A stretch of 64,000 nt of DNA from Eledone cirrhosa (Eukaryota), in assembly GCA_964016885.1 (NCBI GenBank), contig OZ024740.1:397482001-397546000 (forward strand), written 5' to 3'. The notes beneath the pieces are model-generated. The model had not been told where the DNA came from, did no database searches, and saw only the letters and a list, made by a program, of their open reading frames with translations. A program made the translations under genes and the position numbers. Positions 1-11,648 of this stretch are shown here, in pieces (within the stretch, counting starts at the first letter, position 1; every line of letters begins with the position of its first letter).

Positions 1-260
1 AAAGTTACAATGTTAAGTTTCTTTCTTGGCTTAAAAACTGTAGTGTCTACTGTGCAGACTTGCATGTGGTGTTTTTGATTAATATTCCCTCAACCAACAA
101 TATGCCTTATGAAGTTAAGAAAACATAACGATAACCCGAATGTTATAACAAAAGAGGATGCTGGGGATAGAAACTGCACTGGTTATTTATTAACAAAGAT
201 CGAAAATGTAAACACTGCAACGCAGAGAAAAACATTAGCGTAACCAAATTATCAGTTATG

Positions 261-424
261 TCTGTCTGCACGCCTATATCACCTCTCTGCACGACTATCT
301 GTCTGCACGCCTATATCACCTCTCTGCACGACTATCTGTCTGCACGCCTATATCACCTCTCTGCACGACTATCTGTCTGCACGCGTATATCACCTCTCTG
401 CACGACTATCTGTCTGCACGCCTA
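261..424. repeat. 37-bp minisatellite, about 4.4 copies
   Basis: Unit TCTGTCTGCACGCCTATATCACCTCTCTGCACGACTA starts at 261, 298, 335, 372 and 409 with one substitution. No spacers. Confidence 0.95.
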
Positions 425-639
425 ACGACGAAATATTTGCTTGTTTTACGTAGTCTTTAAATAGACTTGTTTTCAAGTAAAAATATTGTTTTATAATGCT
501 TTTAAATGGAAATGAAGCAAAACGGAAGCTTAGTGTTCGAACTGATGAATTTTGCAGGTCAATATTTTGCTGGCTCGACAACTGTAACTGTTCGTGTATT
601 GTGTTAATGTCATTTTAAACGCTGAGAAAGCCAGCGTAA

Positions 640-891
640 TTTTTAACGTAAGACGCTCAATGTAAACAGAACAAAGGGAAATAACTGATCACTTACGCTC
701 AAAAATCGATACATTATATTCGATTTCGTCACATAGGGTGGGTCAATTTGAAATATTTTTTTTCCGATGTCTTCGCTAGGGCTCAATGTATAAGTATAGC
801 AATTTCGGTGCAATTCCGTGAGAGATTCTAAGAGGAGATGTGTGCCAAAAATCGATAGACAGACAGACAACCACAGTTTTATATATATAGA
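640..891 (-). mobile_element. Non-autonomous Helitron-like 5' end
   Basis: Minus strand reads A|TCTATATATATAAAACTGTGGTTGTCTGTCTGTCT: a TC start after A followed by a (CTGT)n microsatellite, as recalled for invertebrate non-autonomous Helitrons. The 3' CTRR end was not located and the inner boundary is approximate. Confidence 0.45.
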
Positions 892-900
892 TAATAATAA

Positions 901-1370
901 TAATATTTTATCCGTTTGCAAGCAAACAGCCTCATTACACTATGTATTTTGTTGATCACTATCATCTGTTCGTTCTAGCAGTGGCTTCGGAAAACAGTCA
1001 ACATGTTTCTGGGTTATTGCCCCTTGTCAAGACTGTGTATTTCTCTGCCACTCACTTGAACTGTTGAAAATTTATAATGTATTTATGAATTTTATATAGA
1101 AGCCACTGCTAGAATTCTAATTTTGATTTTAATTTTCAGCAAAGTTGCTTGGTATGCAAATGAGGCTAATCAGCCGATGTATACTTTAGAAAATATCATA
1201 TATTTTCAACAGTTCAAGTGAGTAGCAGAGAGATACGCAGTCTTGACAAAGGGCAATAACCCAGAAACATATTGACTTCCTCAAAGCCACGGCTAGAACA
1301 AATGGATGAAGGTGGTCATCAAAAACAGCATAATGAGGTAGTTTGTTTGCAAACGAATCAAATAATATTT
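901..1370. repeat. Diverged inverted repeat (arms ~901-1085 and ~1186-1370)
   Basis: ATGTTTCTGGGTTATTGCCC and CTCACTTGAACTGTTGAAAAT in the left arm are reverse complements of sequence in the right arm. Spacer is about 100 bp. Confidence 0.85.
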
Positions 1371-1411
1371 TCATTCGATATAAAACTCATAAATACATAT
1401 ATACATACATA

Positions 1412-1690
1412 ATCATTATCATCACCATCACTGTTTAACGACCATTTTTTCCTGCTAGCATGGGTTAAACAAGTTGCCCCGTTTTGAGACAAGCCAGATC
1501 TGATAACCATGACTTGCTCATACAGAGCTGGTTTTGGTTTAGTTTCTATGGCTGGATGCCCTTCCTAACACCAACCACATTTACAGTTTGGGCTGGGTGC
1601 TTTTTGTTGTGACACTTATACGACCACTTTACAATGTGAGCTGGGTGCTTTTTGTTGTGTCACCTACACGACCACTTTACAGTGTAAACA
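1412..1690 (-). mobile_element. SINE or RTE-LINE 3'-end fragment
   Basis: CAT-like tail, GCTAGCATGGG hairpin and GGCTGGATGCCCTTCCTAACACCAACC core, shared with the RTE 3' UTR. Confidence 0.75.
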
Positions 1691-1941
1691 GTAGAGTATA
1701 TTTTTATATTTTAAATTGGGAGTTCACTCAGTTGCAACTCCAATTTCCTCTCCTCCTATTGTTCGTTGTGGCAAATGATTGTTGATATTAGGTCTATTGG
1801 TTCAGTATGATGTAACATGCTAGTTATGTGTTGCTGAGACCATGTTGTTGCTGCACACTGTCATATCAATTAGGGCTTATTACAGCTAAAATGTTGACAA
1901 GATGTACATTCCTCAATCTTTACAGCTACCCCTCTACTCAC

Positions 1942-2068
1942 CATCATCAGCATAGAATTGGAATGGCTCTTCCAGTGTGTCTCCCTCATCATCCTCCGGG
2001 GAAACGCCTTCTTTATTCTGTCCGCAGGGACAGCAGGGCAGCCAGCACGTGGGCCACCATTTACTCAT
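1942..2068 (-). CDS. First coding exon of an unidentified gene (MSKWWPTCWLPCCPCGQNKEGVSPEDDEGDTLEEPFQFYADD); gene continues leftwards
   Basis: GC-rich island with ATG at 2068, 42 open codons plus 1 nt, then a consensus donor G|GTGAGT at 1941. Acceptor TATTCCAG| lies at 2142, and an upstream donor CAG|GTAAGT at 3478 would close a 5' UTR exon. Confidence 0.65.
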
Positions 2069-2190
2069 AATAGTGAAAGATGGGGAGAGCAGGAGAGACA
2101 GAAGCAGTGACAGTAGGAGTTTGGTTCCTCTGTGTTTGGACCTGGAATATATGTATATGTTTCACAGACACCTTCTCACACTGAGGCATA

Positions 2191-3261
2191 ATCATCATCA
2201 TCATCATCACCGTTTTACGTTCGTTCTTCCACGCTAGCATGGGTTAGACGGGTTGTCCTGTTGTGGGCAGTGTCTGGTCGGCTGACCATGCCTTGCTCAT
2301 ACAGGAACTGATTTGGCTTGATTTCTACAGCTGGATGCCCTTCCTAACACCAACCTCATTTACAGTGAGTGCTGGGTACTTTTCGTGGCGCCTACACGTC
2401 CACTTTACAGTGTGGGCTGGGTGCTTTTTTGCCGTGGCACCTCCACGACCACCTTGCGGCGGGGGTGGGGGGGGGGCATATGCTTCAGCTTGTCTATATG
2501 CTTCAGCTTGTACCCATGGGAGGTCGGGTACTCTGTATCACTGCGTGACGCCAGAGGTCACGGTCGTGTGTCATTGTCTTTGAGAGGTGTAATTGGGTAA
2601 GGTCGGCTTTTATCACCTCATCCCAGGTCATCTTGGGTCTCCCCACTCCGCGGTTTCCATCAACTTCTAGTGCTCTGCACCTTTTTATGCAGCTGTCATC
2701 CTTCATACGCATCACATGTCCATACCAGCGCAACCGCCTCTCCTGCACACAGCATTTGATTCCTCTTATGCTTAGTCTCTCTCTCAATTCATTTATGCTT
2801 TGTCGTTCACGTATATTACTGTTACACATCCATCGGAGCATGCAGGCTTCGTTTCTCTCTAATCTACGTAAGTCTTCCACCTTCAGCGCCCAGGTCTCAC
2901 TACCATGCAACATCGCTGTTCGGGTACACGCATCATACAGTCTGCCTTTTATTCTGAGGGAGAAGCCTTTTGCAGCTAGCAGTGGTAGTAGTTCCCTAAA
3001 CTTCTTCCATCCCGTTCTTACCCTAGTTATTGTACTTTCTGAACACCCACCTCCGCTGCTAATTCGGTCACCGAGGTAGCAGAAGCTGTCTACTGTTTCT
3101 ACAGAGCCCTCCCAGAGATTGGTGGTGCTTGTTTCCTGTGGCTGTTTGCTGCTTGCTGTCTCAGCACAGCTGCTGCGTGTGAATCCTACATTCTTAATTA
3201 AGCTTCCTGAGATCCCGCTACATCTCTTGTGTACCCATTGTTTGCATTTAGGGCAGAGAAC
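2191..3261 (-). mobile_element. 5'-truncated RTE-clade LINE (C-terminal ORF and 3' UTR)
   Basis: ORF 2503-2913 with MLHGSETW, RRLRWYGHVMR and GRPKMTW, plus a (GAT)n tail. Nearly identical to 53154-54208. Confidence 0.92.
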
Positions 3262-5907
3262 AAGTGTAAATTAATTAGGAGAATGTAAAGTAAGCAGGTA
3301 ATGTAAGGAGGTGTTTTGGGGGAATAATGTCAATATTAGAATTATATTATTTATTAATTTTTTTTTAAATTAATATCATTCAATTAAAATGTGTGTGTAA
3401 CAGCAGTACCAAGCAAGATGTCAGAAGCACTATTCTATTTCTAGAGTGTCAGCAGTTGTTCATGGCTGGAGTACTTACCTGGCTAGTCTTTGGGATGTAG
3501 TTTTTACAATGTTATTAATGTGAGATCACCAGGGGAAATTATCAGTGATTGTGACTAATGGCTTTTTTTTTTTTTTTTGAGGGGTGTGTATATTATCTAA
3601 GAAAAGGGGTATAATATTGTACTTGAACTGAGTAACAAAGATAACTCCCCAGTGGTCCAGTCAACATAGCTTAAGTGAAGTATCAAGATAAATTTATCAT
3701 GCGCAAGAATCGGTGGTATTTCATTACCAAGAAATGTTGTTTTCTTTTTGTTCCTTTTTTTAGCGGTAAGGGATTTATTAGACGGGAATGTTAAAAGCAC
3801 AGATACCACTGAGCCAGGAGATTGCCAAGGATGATTATTTCAATATTTATGTTAAATGCTAATTTTAATTTTTTTTTTTGTTTTGTTTTGTTTATTATTT
3901 CCTTCCCTAGTAGTAATTTTTTTATTTTTTTATTTCGGGGTGAGAGAACTTTGTTCAAAACAATCATAGTTACTTCCCTTTAGTAATCTTCACTAAAGAA
4001 GTTTCTCCACCAAAACAAATGTCTATGTGTTCATTACAAATCTTTAAAATACCTCCTCCGGTAGGTTTTTCTTTTTTTTTTTTCGCTTTACTTTAACACT
4101 TCAATTATTATTTAATCTTGTCTGTTAATCAAATTATCCGATTTTATTTACGACACTTCCAACACCCAGTACTTAATCGTTCAACAGACTGGTTATTTTT
4201 GTTCTTGATTAGACCCAGGCCAGCACTTTTAGAGCATACCTATGATCAGAGACGTTCCAGTTGAGACCATCCAACCTTTTTGTATATTTAAGATTATATT
4301 ATCTAATGTACTATTCCATTTTAAGACGGTAGAGTTTAAGGAGTGGTGTTTAAGGTTTGGTGTTTCTAGCAGGTTTCGAGCGAACATAACAGCCCCTTCC
4401 TTAACCAGAGTTGAGCGAACACGGTTGTTGTTTAGCTCCAGATAAGCCAGGTTTCCCAGCCGTGATCACCGACTTTTTAATTCAATTTTTTTTTTCTTTA
4501 GTTATTTTGTATTCAGATATAAATGTAAAACTAGACTAGTGCTCATTATCCGATGTATCCTTTCTTTATTTAAAATGGTATGTATGTGATTTGAAGGAGG
4601 TTTGACTACAATTTCTAACAATTCAAGCGATCAGGTAGAAACTGGAGTTCATATACCTCTCGACAAATAGAATAAAATCCTTTTTTTTAAATAGTGAGGT
4701 TCCTGGCAATGATTACTTGTATTTGTTATATGCGTTTATAAACGACATAATATTTGTAATGTTATTCTTAAGGAATAACATTGTAATGTTATTTATGTAT
4801 ATATATATATTATTTAATAAAAACACGTTTTACCTTTAAAAAAATGTTGTCTATATATATATCCGTAAGTGGTTGACGGGTGAGAGAAAGAGGTACTCAA
4901 TACACATACACGTGTGTGTATATATATACACTTAGATTTTAAGCTATAATTCTTGAAATATTAAAACATATACTCAACGAGAAACCCTCTTCACGGTTCG
5001 AGCTGCTAGTAATTGTCAGCAAATTTCACTCAAGTCACACCCTACCTTTTATGACGCTATTCACAACTAGGATGCCTTGTTTTTACAATTTACCTTATGT
5101 CTACTGCTCAGTTTCACTCCCTACCACCAGACAACGAAGGAGATTTTATGTGGTCGTTCGGCCTGCTAGATATAGCAGTCAAATAGCCCTCAATGTCGGA
5201 AATAGAGACAAGAGATGGTCATGGCTGAAATGTCTTTGTTGAATCTATATAGAACAACTTCTTATCTGCTAAGTCTCTGTGTGAGAGTTCATACTTAAGC
5301 GTGCTTTAGAGAATTGCATGTTTAATGATTGTAGACTTATCTATAGTGTCTGAATAAATACGGAATCGTAACAGTTGGAACGCCTCTGTTTTATTGAACC
5401 TGACCTATTGCCATGCATCGCAAACACATAGTTCCAGTTTTCATCCCACTAACATCACCGTGAGCAAGTGTCTTCTACCATGAACACATGTTAACCATTA
5501 CTTTATTAATGGAATTTGGTAGAGAGAAATTGTGCAAAAGCCCGTCATATATCTATATGTATGCATAGAATTTTCCAATGTATATCAGCCAAAAATATAA
5601 ACTATGGCAAGAAAAGTGAAAAGAAAAAAGATACTAGTTATGCTTTGTTTTACAGATGCTCCATTGTCTTTCCTGCCATTAGAAATAGTGAGCCACTGAC
5701 TTGTTCATTAGAAACATATAATAACCGATGCTGTTGTTCACCTGTATTATAAAATAGATAAAAATAAGATAATTGACAACAGTATACGCTCAACAGATAT
5801 CAAAATCTGGTCATAAATGATATGTCAACAAAATATATTCAAAATTGTACAAAAATTATTATTTACTAGTTGACCAGTGGCTGTAAATAATAGTGGCAAT
5901 AGCATGG

Positions 5908-6160
5908 AATCATCATCATCATCATCGTTTAACGTCCATCTTCCACGCTAGCATGGGTCTGGGCGGGAATTGTCCCACTTGAGGCAAGATTGGTTGTCTT
6001 GCTCAGGACTGTCTGGCGGGTTTTCTATGGCTGGATGCCCTTCCTAACACCAACCACGTTTACAGTGTGGACTGGGAGGTTTTTACCGTGTTACCTACAC
6101 GGCCACATTACATCGTGGACTGTGTTTTTTTGTCGTGACACCTACACGACCTCATTTATT
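5908..6160 (-). mobile_element. RTE-tail SINE/LINE 3' fragment (further copies ~16625, 26070, 30240, 32333, 33135, 34990, 50655, 59295)
   Basis: (CAT)n, TTTAACGTCCATCTTCCACGCTAGCATGGG and GGCTGGATGCCCTTCCTAAC. Confidence 0.8.
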
Positions 6161-7831
6161 TAGGACTGGATGTTGTGGTACCAACACAACTTTACATCGA
6201 AAGGGGTGGGGTAGTGGGACGGGGGGGGGGGGGGTATTTTGGTTAAGAGGTGCCTACTGACTGTAGGTTTCACTTTGTACTTAGGCAAGGCGGGTCTTCT
6301 GTATGAGACCAGAATTTGTGTGCCATATTTACCAGGATTACTGGGATACATGGGAAAGTTGCACTTTGATAAATGAATGGTTTTCATAAAAAAGTCTAGG
6401 GTCTATGTTGATTACTGACATGTGAAAGTGATTATTGATAAGAATCTTATTTTGATAATTTATTTCTTGGATATAATTACATATATGTTCAGATTATATG
6501 CCAAGCATATTTGCCAAACAAAGGGTTGAGAGGATCCTTCAGTTGAATCAAAGACATGAAACCTCTTTAGTGCTGGTGTCACGATAAAATGCACTCAGTA
6601 GAGCATGCGACCATATGTAATGAGATGCAAACACCTGGCCTGTCTGGGAAGTCATTGCTCCACTTAAGTACTGATTTGGTCTGTGAAGACTCATCCAACC
6701 CTTGCTGGTAGGGAAAACAGACATAAAATGATATGTATAAATAACTATTTACAAGGACAACTGTAGGCTTGGAATCCAGGACCTTGTGATTGGAAAGCAA
6801 ACTTCTTATTATAAGAACATGGCTGAGATAGGAAATGCATTGTGTGTGTGTAAATTGTAAAGAGTTACAAATGATAGATTTAAATATACAAACACACATA
6901 GCATATTATAGTTGATTAGTATATTTCATGAGAAAGTCCTTATGAGAATTAATATGCATTAATTGATATGGAAAATATTATCATTCAAAATATGAATACA
7001 TAAACATAAAGTGATGTATAGTAGTTAACAATTATCTCTCATATCACATGCTACTGTCTTAAAATATGAAATACACACCATGTCTGAAAAACAGACAGGC
7101 TGATTATGGCTAGAATGCCTTTGATTGTAGGTTTGCATGATCAAAGCTAACCTGGTATTTAACATGTCAAGCTAATATGAGAGCCTCTGTGTCAGACATT
7201 GGCAACTTCTAGCAGTCAGGTTGCATGTGTAATGTTATGATTATAAAAACATTTTAGTAACATTTTCAACATAATCTTTAATTCTGTTTCTGTACAATTT
7301 TGTTCCTTTCTTTCATTCATTCATGCTATCTCTCAATCCAATTTTAAAACAATATCTCATAAGTTTCATTGCTAGGAAAAGAGTACCCATACCAGCAACA
7401 AATAGCAGCCAAATTACATCCTGTTATCTTTTTTAAAAAAGGGAATGGTGCATTAGATAATCTATGCTAAAATGCTATTGATAATATCTTTGATACCCTG
7501 ACCCAGTTGTTAACTAAGTTATATAGTTCTAATTTCAATTATTCAAGAAAGTGTAGTATATAATAGGAAATCATTTTGAAGTACAAACTTCAATTCTTAT
7601 AATATTTCTGAAAAAAGAAATTACAATATTATAATTTCAGCTGTTCTTACAGGCATGAATATAGACACTTAACAGCAGAAGACGTGTAGGAAATATTTGT
7701 TTGGTGTAAGATAAATTAATTTTACCTATAAATAGCAATAATTGAATCAAATAAAACATCAGTTCTCATTGTTGATAACTCTTTATTCATCTTATTTAAA
7801 TTATTAATTATCATTATCTAATGTATTTCAG

Positions 7832-8800
7832 CATGATGTTTGCACACCTGCAGAAAATATTCCCCTGAAAATCATCTCTGAAGGAAGAAAATGCATTATA
7901 AACCATTTAGGAAAGACATTAGGCCGTTATAGCAAGCAAATTATTTGCGATATATTGGCTGTTGATTGTGGAATCAAACCCAGCTTCTTGTTTGACTATG
8001 GCTGTGTAAAAGCAAAGCAGGTACTATCTTTGATTCAAGATCTCCAGAAGCAACAGCTCCTCTCAACATCACCTCATCCATGTTCTTTCTTCGTCTTATC
8101 CATTGAAGGTGATGTACTCTTGTGTAACACAGCCATATTACAGTCCCATTTGTTACAAACTTCACAAGGAAAGGGCACAGCTGTCATAGATATTTCAAAA
8201 AGCAATTTGCAAGCAAAATTGCTTGAAAACCTAAATCAAGTTGACGAAAATTTTTCCACCACTTTTCAACAAATTATTGCCTACTGCAATGACAGTAAAG
8301 AAACTTGTGAAGTACAATTTCCTGCTTCCCTCAACCTTACAACATTAGTTGGGGTACTTTTGGGTTATCCCATTGTCTATTGGTTCAATAGAACAAATGA
8401 AGCTGATGGTAATTCTTTACTTATTGACTCACTCACTGTCTTCAAATTAAATTGTCATCTGTTATGTCAGCAATACCATACTCCACAAGAGAAAAGCTCT
8501 GATATTCCTATAATCAAAAGTGAACAAAAACCTTTAGCTCATCATAACTCACCTCTAACTTGTCTTCAGTCTTCTGGTGAAAAACTACAAACCTCATCAT
8601 GTAAATGCAATGAAATGATAACTCATTGTATTTACTCTTACTCTGTGCCAGAAGCACTTACTTCTCTAGCATTTTCTTACGTGGAATCTTGGTTACAGAA
8701 CATAAACCACTTTGGCAGTTGGCAAAAATGTTACCATTGTTTACAGTTACACCAAAATATTGTTTATGCTCCTGAAGAATCATATTCAATAAATTTTTAA
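7832..8800 (+). CDS. C1orf74: UPF0739/DUF4504 protein, C1orf74 homologue (main coding exon; start codon is in an upstream exon)
   Basis: Motifs ILAVDCGIKPSFLFDY, NLTTLVGVLLGYPIVYWF and IYSYSVPEAL match recalled C1orf74 motifs (LAVARGLKPAVLYD, NLCTVFGILLGYPVPY, LYSFSVPESL). Acceptor TTTCAG| at 7831, frame open to TAA at 8800, in-frame stop at 7805 and no ATG before the conserved motifs. Confidence 0.88.
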   Translation, partial: HDVCTPAENIPLKIISEGRKCIINHLGKTLGRYSKQIICDILAVDCGIKPSFLFDYGCVKAKQVLSLIQDLQKQQLLSTSPHPCSFFVLSIEGDVLLCNTAILQSHLLQTSQGKGTAVIDISKSNLQAKLLENLNQVDENFSTTFQQIIAYCNDSKETCEVQFPASLNLTTLVGVLLGYPIVYWFNRTNEADGNSLLIDSLTVFKLNCHLLCQQYHTPQEKSSDIPIIKSEQKPLAHHNSPLTCLQSSGEKLQTSSCKCNEMITHCIYSYSVPEALTSLAFSYVESWLQNINHFGSWQKCYHCLQLHQNIVYAPEESYSINF

Positions 8801-9049
8801 CAATGAAAATTGTTTTGAAAAAAAAATTAAATAAAATAGCCTTGTTAACTTTTTTATTATTTATTATATTTAATATGGTCATATCAGTTCATTTTTTATG
8901 TTACTATCCTTGTTTTTTTTTTGTTTTGTTTTTTTCATGCTTGTGTATTAAAGAAAAAAGATTGGGGTTTTTATATTGTTTTTTCCTAGTTGTCTTGTTC
9001 TTGGCCGTTTATTGTGTAAATGATGCAATTTCATGGAGGGTGTAGGCTC

Positions 9050-9245
9050 TAACTCTTTAGCATTTAAACTGGCCATATCCATCCAGAATTCTCTCACCTC
9101 TTTCTGTTCAAACCGGCTGCTCATACTTATGTTAAGGTATTCTTCTCAAAATAAATAATATCAAAATCTCATAGATTCAGAATTATATGAGATAAAGTGT
9201 ATACCTTGAAAATACAATAGTAAATATAGAGTAATGTAAACTGCA
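9050..9245. mobile_element. piggyBac-like MITE fragment (related copy at 51039-51510)
   Basis: CTTTAGCATTTAAAC...CAGAATTCTCTCACCT...CTCAAAATAAATAATATCAAAATCTCA is shared with 51039 onwards, where it starts TTAA|CCC. Confidence 0.6.
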
Positions 9246-9504
9246 ACTTCTCATTTTAATTGTGTTAAATTAAGAAATATTTCTTCTTTGAATATGATAT
9301 TAGCCTAAAGTCAAGTTTTACTCATAGGAGTTTTTAAGCACAAATCACTGCTTACTAAGGTGAGATCTACCTTACTTTAGTATCTATACTACAGCTAGGT
9401 ATACTAGGACATTGGAAATGTAGCACAGTACAAGGGGTAGAATACAAATGAACCATTACATTTTGATTATAACCAACCAAGATTGATCAAACAGTCTTCA
9501 CTTG

Positions 9505-9800
9505 TATGTATGAGCCCTTAATTCCTGGTAGAACCATACTGGTGCTGTAGTGGCTTATGGCATGTTTAATCCTAGCAGAGCTTACCCTTTCCCCAGGTTT
9601 GAACACAGCTGATTTCTTCCAGAGAGGGAGGAAGTAAGAAAGAGATATACAGGAAAAATTTACCCCAGCACTAGACTACTTTTTTTTAATGACCTCGAAA
9701 TAATGAAAGGCATAGTTGACTTCAGTAGGTTTTGAACTGAGAGAACAGAACTAGAAGGAATGATGCAAAGCATTCTATCTGGCGTTACAGTAACTCAGCC
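9505..9800 (-). mobile_element. Diverged SINE-like repeat (related copies 19790-20060, 31830-32030)
   Basis: Shared TGAACACAGCYRATTTCTTCCAGAGA, a GA-rich tract and, at 9703 and 19988, ATGAAAGG...AGTTGAC. Confidence 0.55.
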
Positions 9801-10069
9801 AATCTACATGGGCTATCTTTTAAAATCATTAAAAATTTTCCTGAAAACTATGCAAAGTTTATAGCAAGGAAGACTACTCTTCCAACTTGTGATAAAAGAC
9901 TAAATTGATCTTTTACAGAAATAAAACAAATTATGTGTAAAGTGAATAAATTCCTGTAGAAGTACAGAGCTGCATACAGTTGACTTTTCATGTGATTTTT
10001 AAATGAATGATGTACCCAGATTTAGTGAACAGCAGACTTCACAACTCCAGCCCCCTATGTTCTTATTGA

Positions 10070-10500
10070 GGTTCATACTGTGGGTTTTTTTAAGCTGATG
10101 TTTAAGCTTTTCATCAAGATGTCTCTCTCTTCAAACATGCTGCAGCCTTCTAATATCCTTCACATATCCTTTCCATTCAACCCTCTTTGAAGCAAGCACT
10201 TCCCAGTTCTGAACTTCAAACTGATTGTTTTTTATGCAATTTTTATATCTTTTTCTTGGTTTCTGCTGACGGCATTTCCCAGTGTGTAATTGACTGTAAA
10301 ATAGTTGTTTTGGGAATCTTACCTCATTCTTGCATACATGGCCTACCCAACGCATTTGAGAGAATATGATGACAGATTCAATGCTCATGCAACCAGCATC
10401 TATAAGGATTTGTGTGTCAGGTATTTTTTGTTGTCATTTGATGTTTAGGATTTGTCTTAAACACTTTTGATTAAAGTGTTCAAGCAAAAGAGACACCTGT
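10070..10500 (-). mobile_element. Degenerate RTE-BovB-like LINE C-terminal fragment
   Basis: ORF 10131-10388 QMRWVGHV...PKQLFYSQL..GKCRQQKPRKRYK. Confidence 0.8.
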
Positions 10501-10567
10501 ACATCATTGGATTATAGTGGCAAACGCTTGTACAACACGAGCACCACTTTCTAAGTTTCAGTGATTA

Positions 10568-11648
10568 CACTGGTCAACAATTTTTGAAAGTTGTGTGCTT
10601 CCTAAATGAGATTATTTAATTCCTATGTATATTCATGTCCCGAATCTAAATATCACCTTGATAAATGCTTATTAGCTACAGGCTTAAAGATACATGACGT
10701 AATATTTGATTATTTTATTAAATGTAATATGTGCCATTGTGTTTTAAGCTCTAGTCCATATCTACTCTGCCTTTATGTTTGACACTTATAGTGAGCTGAA
10801 AGATCTTCTCTTGCGAATGTCCAGCAATAGTCTGCAAGCATTGTTGTGCTCCATTTGCCCTGGTACTGCTTTTCAATGGTTGAAATATCTTAGTGAAACC
10901 TATCACCATGTTCGTCACTAACTGCCCACAATTCACTGGAAAAAAGTCTAAATGGGAGTCCAAAAAGAGAATTTTAAATGACATGTTACATCCAATATTT
11001 TTGTAAACCTTGAGGTTTTCCACCAATTCTTCATAGTTTCCTTCTTTTCTGTTTCCAAGAAATCCCTTCATCACTAACTTCCCAAGCAGCTTTCTCCTCC
11101 CCATGAAGGGCTGATTTAAAGTCACCATCCTTAAGAAGCTCTCGAATCTGAGGACCAATGAAGACTCCCTCTTTTATCTTAGCATTGCTCACTGAGGCAA
11201 ATTTTGATGTCAAAAAATTTAATCCCTGACCAGATTTGTCCATAGCTTTTATAAAGTTTTGCATGAGTCCCAGTTTTATGTGTAGTGGTGGTAGCAACAT
11301 TTTGTTTGGTTCAGTGAGAGGTGGCTGTTAAATATTTTTCATCCCAGGCTCCAACGATAGATGAGGTGGCCAGTCTCACCTACTATAGTGGGAACCTCTT
11401 GCACGGCTGTCATATACACACAGAAAGCAGCAGTATTTGATGTATCCACCCTACAAGCCCATCACAAGAGCCACAACCTTTAAGTCACCACAGAACTGTC
11501 ATTGATGTTCATCATATTTTATGCATTGCAACATATGCTTTATATTCTCATGAGTTTCTTTCATATGTAATGCATAGCTCACAGGAATTGATGGTTCGCT
11601 ATTGCCATTATGCAGCAAGACACCTTTCAGACTAGCTTTTGAGGAATC
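10568..11648 (-). mobile_element. Chapaev3-type (CMC) DNA transposon, 3' half with a disrupted transposase
   Basis: Motifs DSSKASLKGVLLHNGN, CGDLKVVA, YCCFLC, LLPPLHIKLGLMQNFIKA, KEGVFIGPQIR and SHLDFFP, with frameshifts. Terminus TTA|CACTGGTCAACAA at 10568 fits the recalled CACTG end and TWA target. Confidence 0.78.

Noticed and set aside
261-424. CRISPR array (37-bp repeat length)
   Set aside because: Units are contiguous with no unique spacers, there are no cas genes, and the context is eukaryotic.
2263-3079. Plus-strand ORFs 2263-2583 and 2633-3079 (also 53221-54510)
   Set aside because: Antisense shadows of the RTE LINE ORF and 3' UTR.
3597-3809. 70-aa minus-strand ORF as a coding exon
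   Set aside because: No recognisable motif, a non-ATG start, and no in-frame link to the exon at 1942-2141. More likely UTR or promoter.
8803-9045. Hydrophobic 80-aa ORF right after C1orf74, resembling an operon partner
   Set aside because: T-rich 3' UTR sequence gives Phe/Leu/Cys by composition, and the gene context is spliced eukaryotic.
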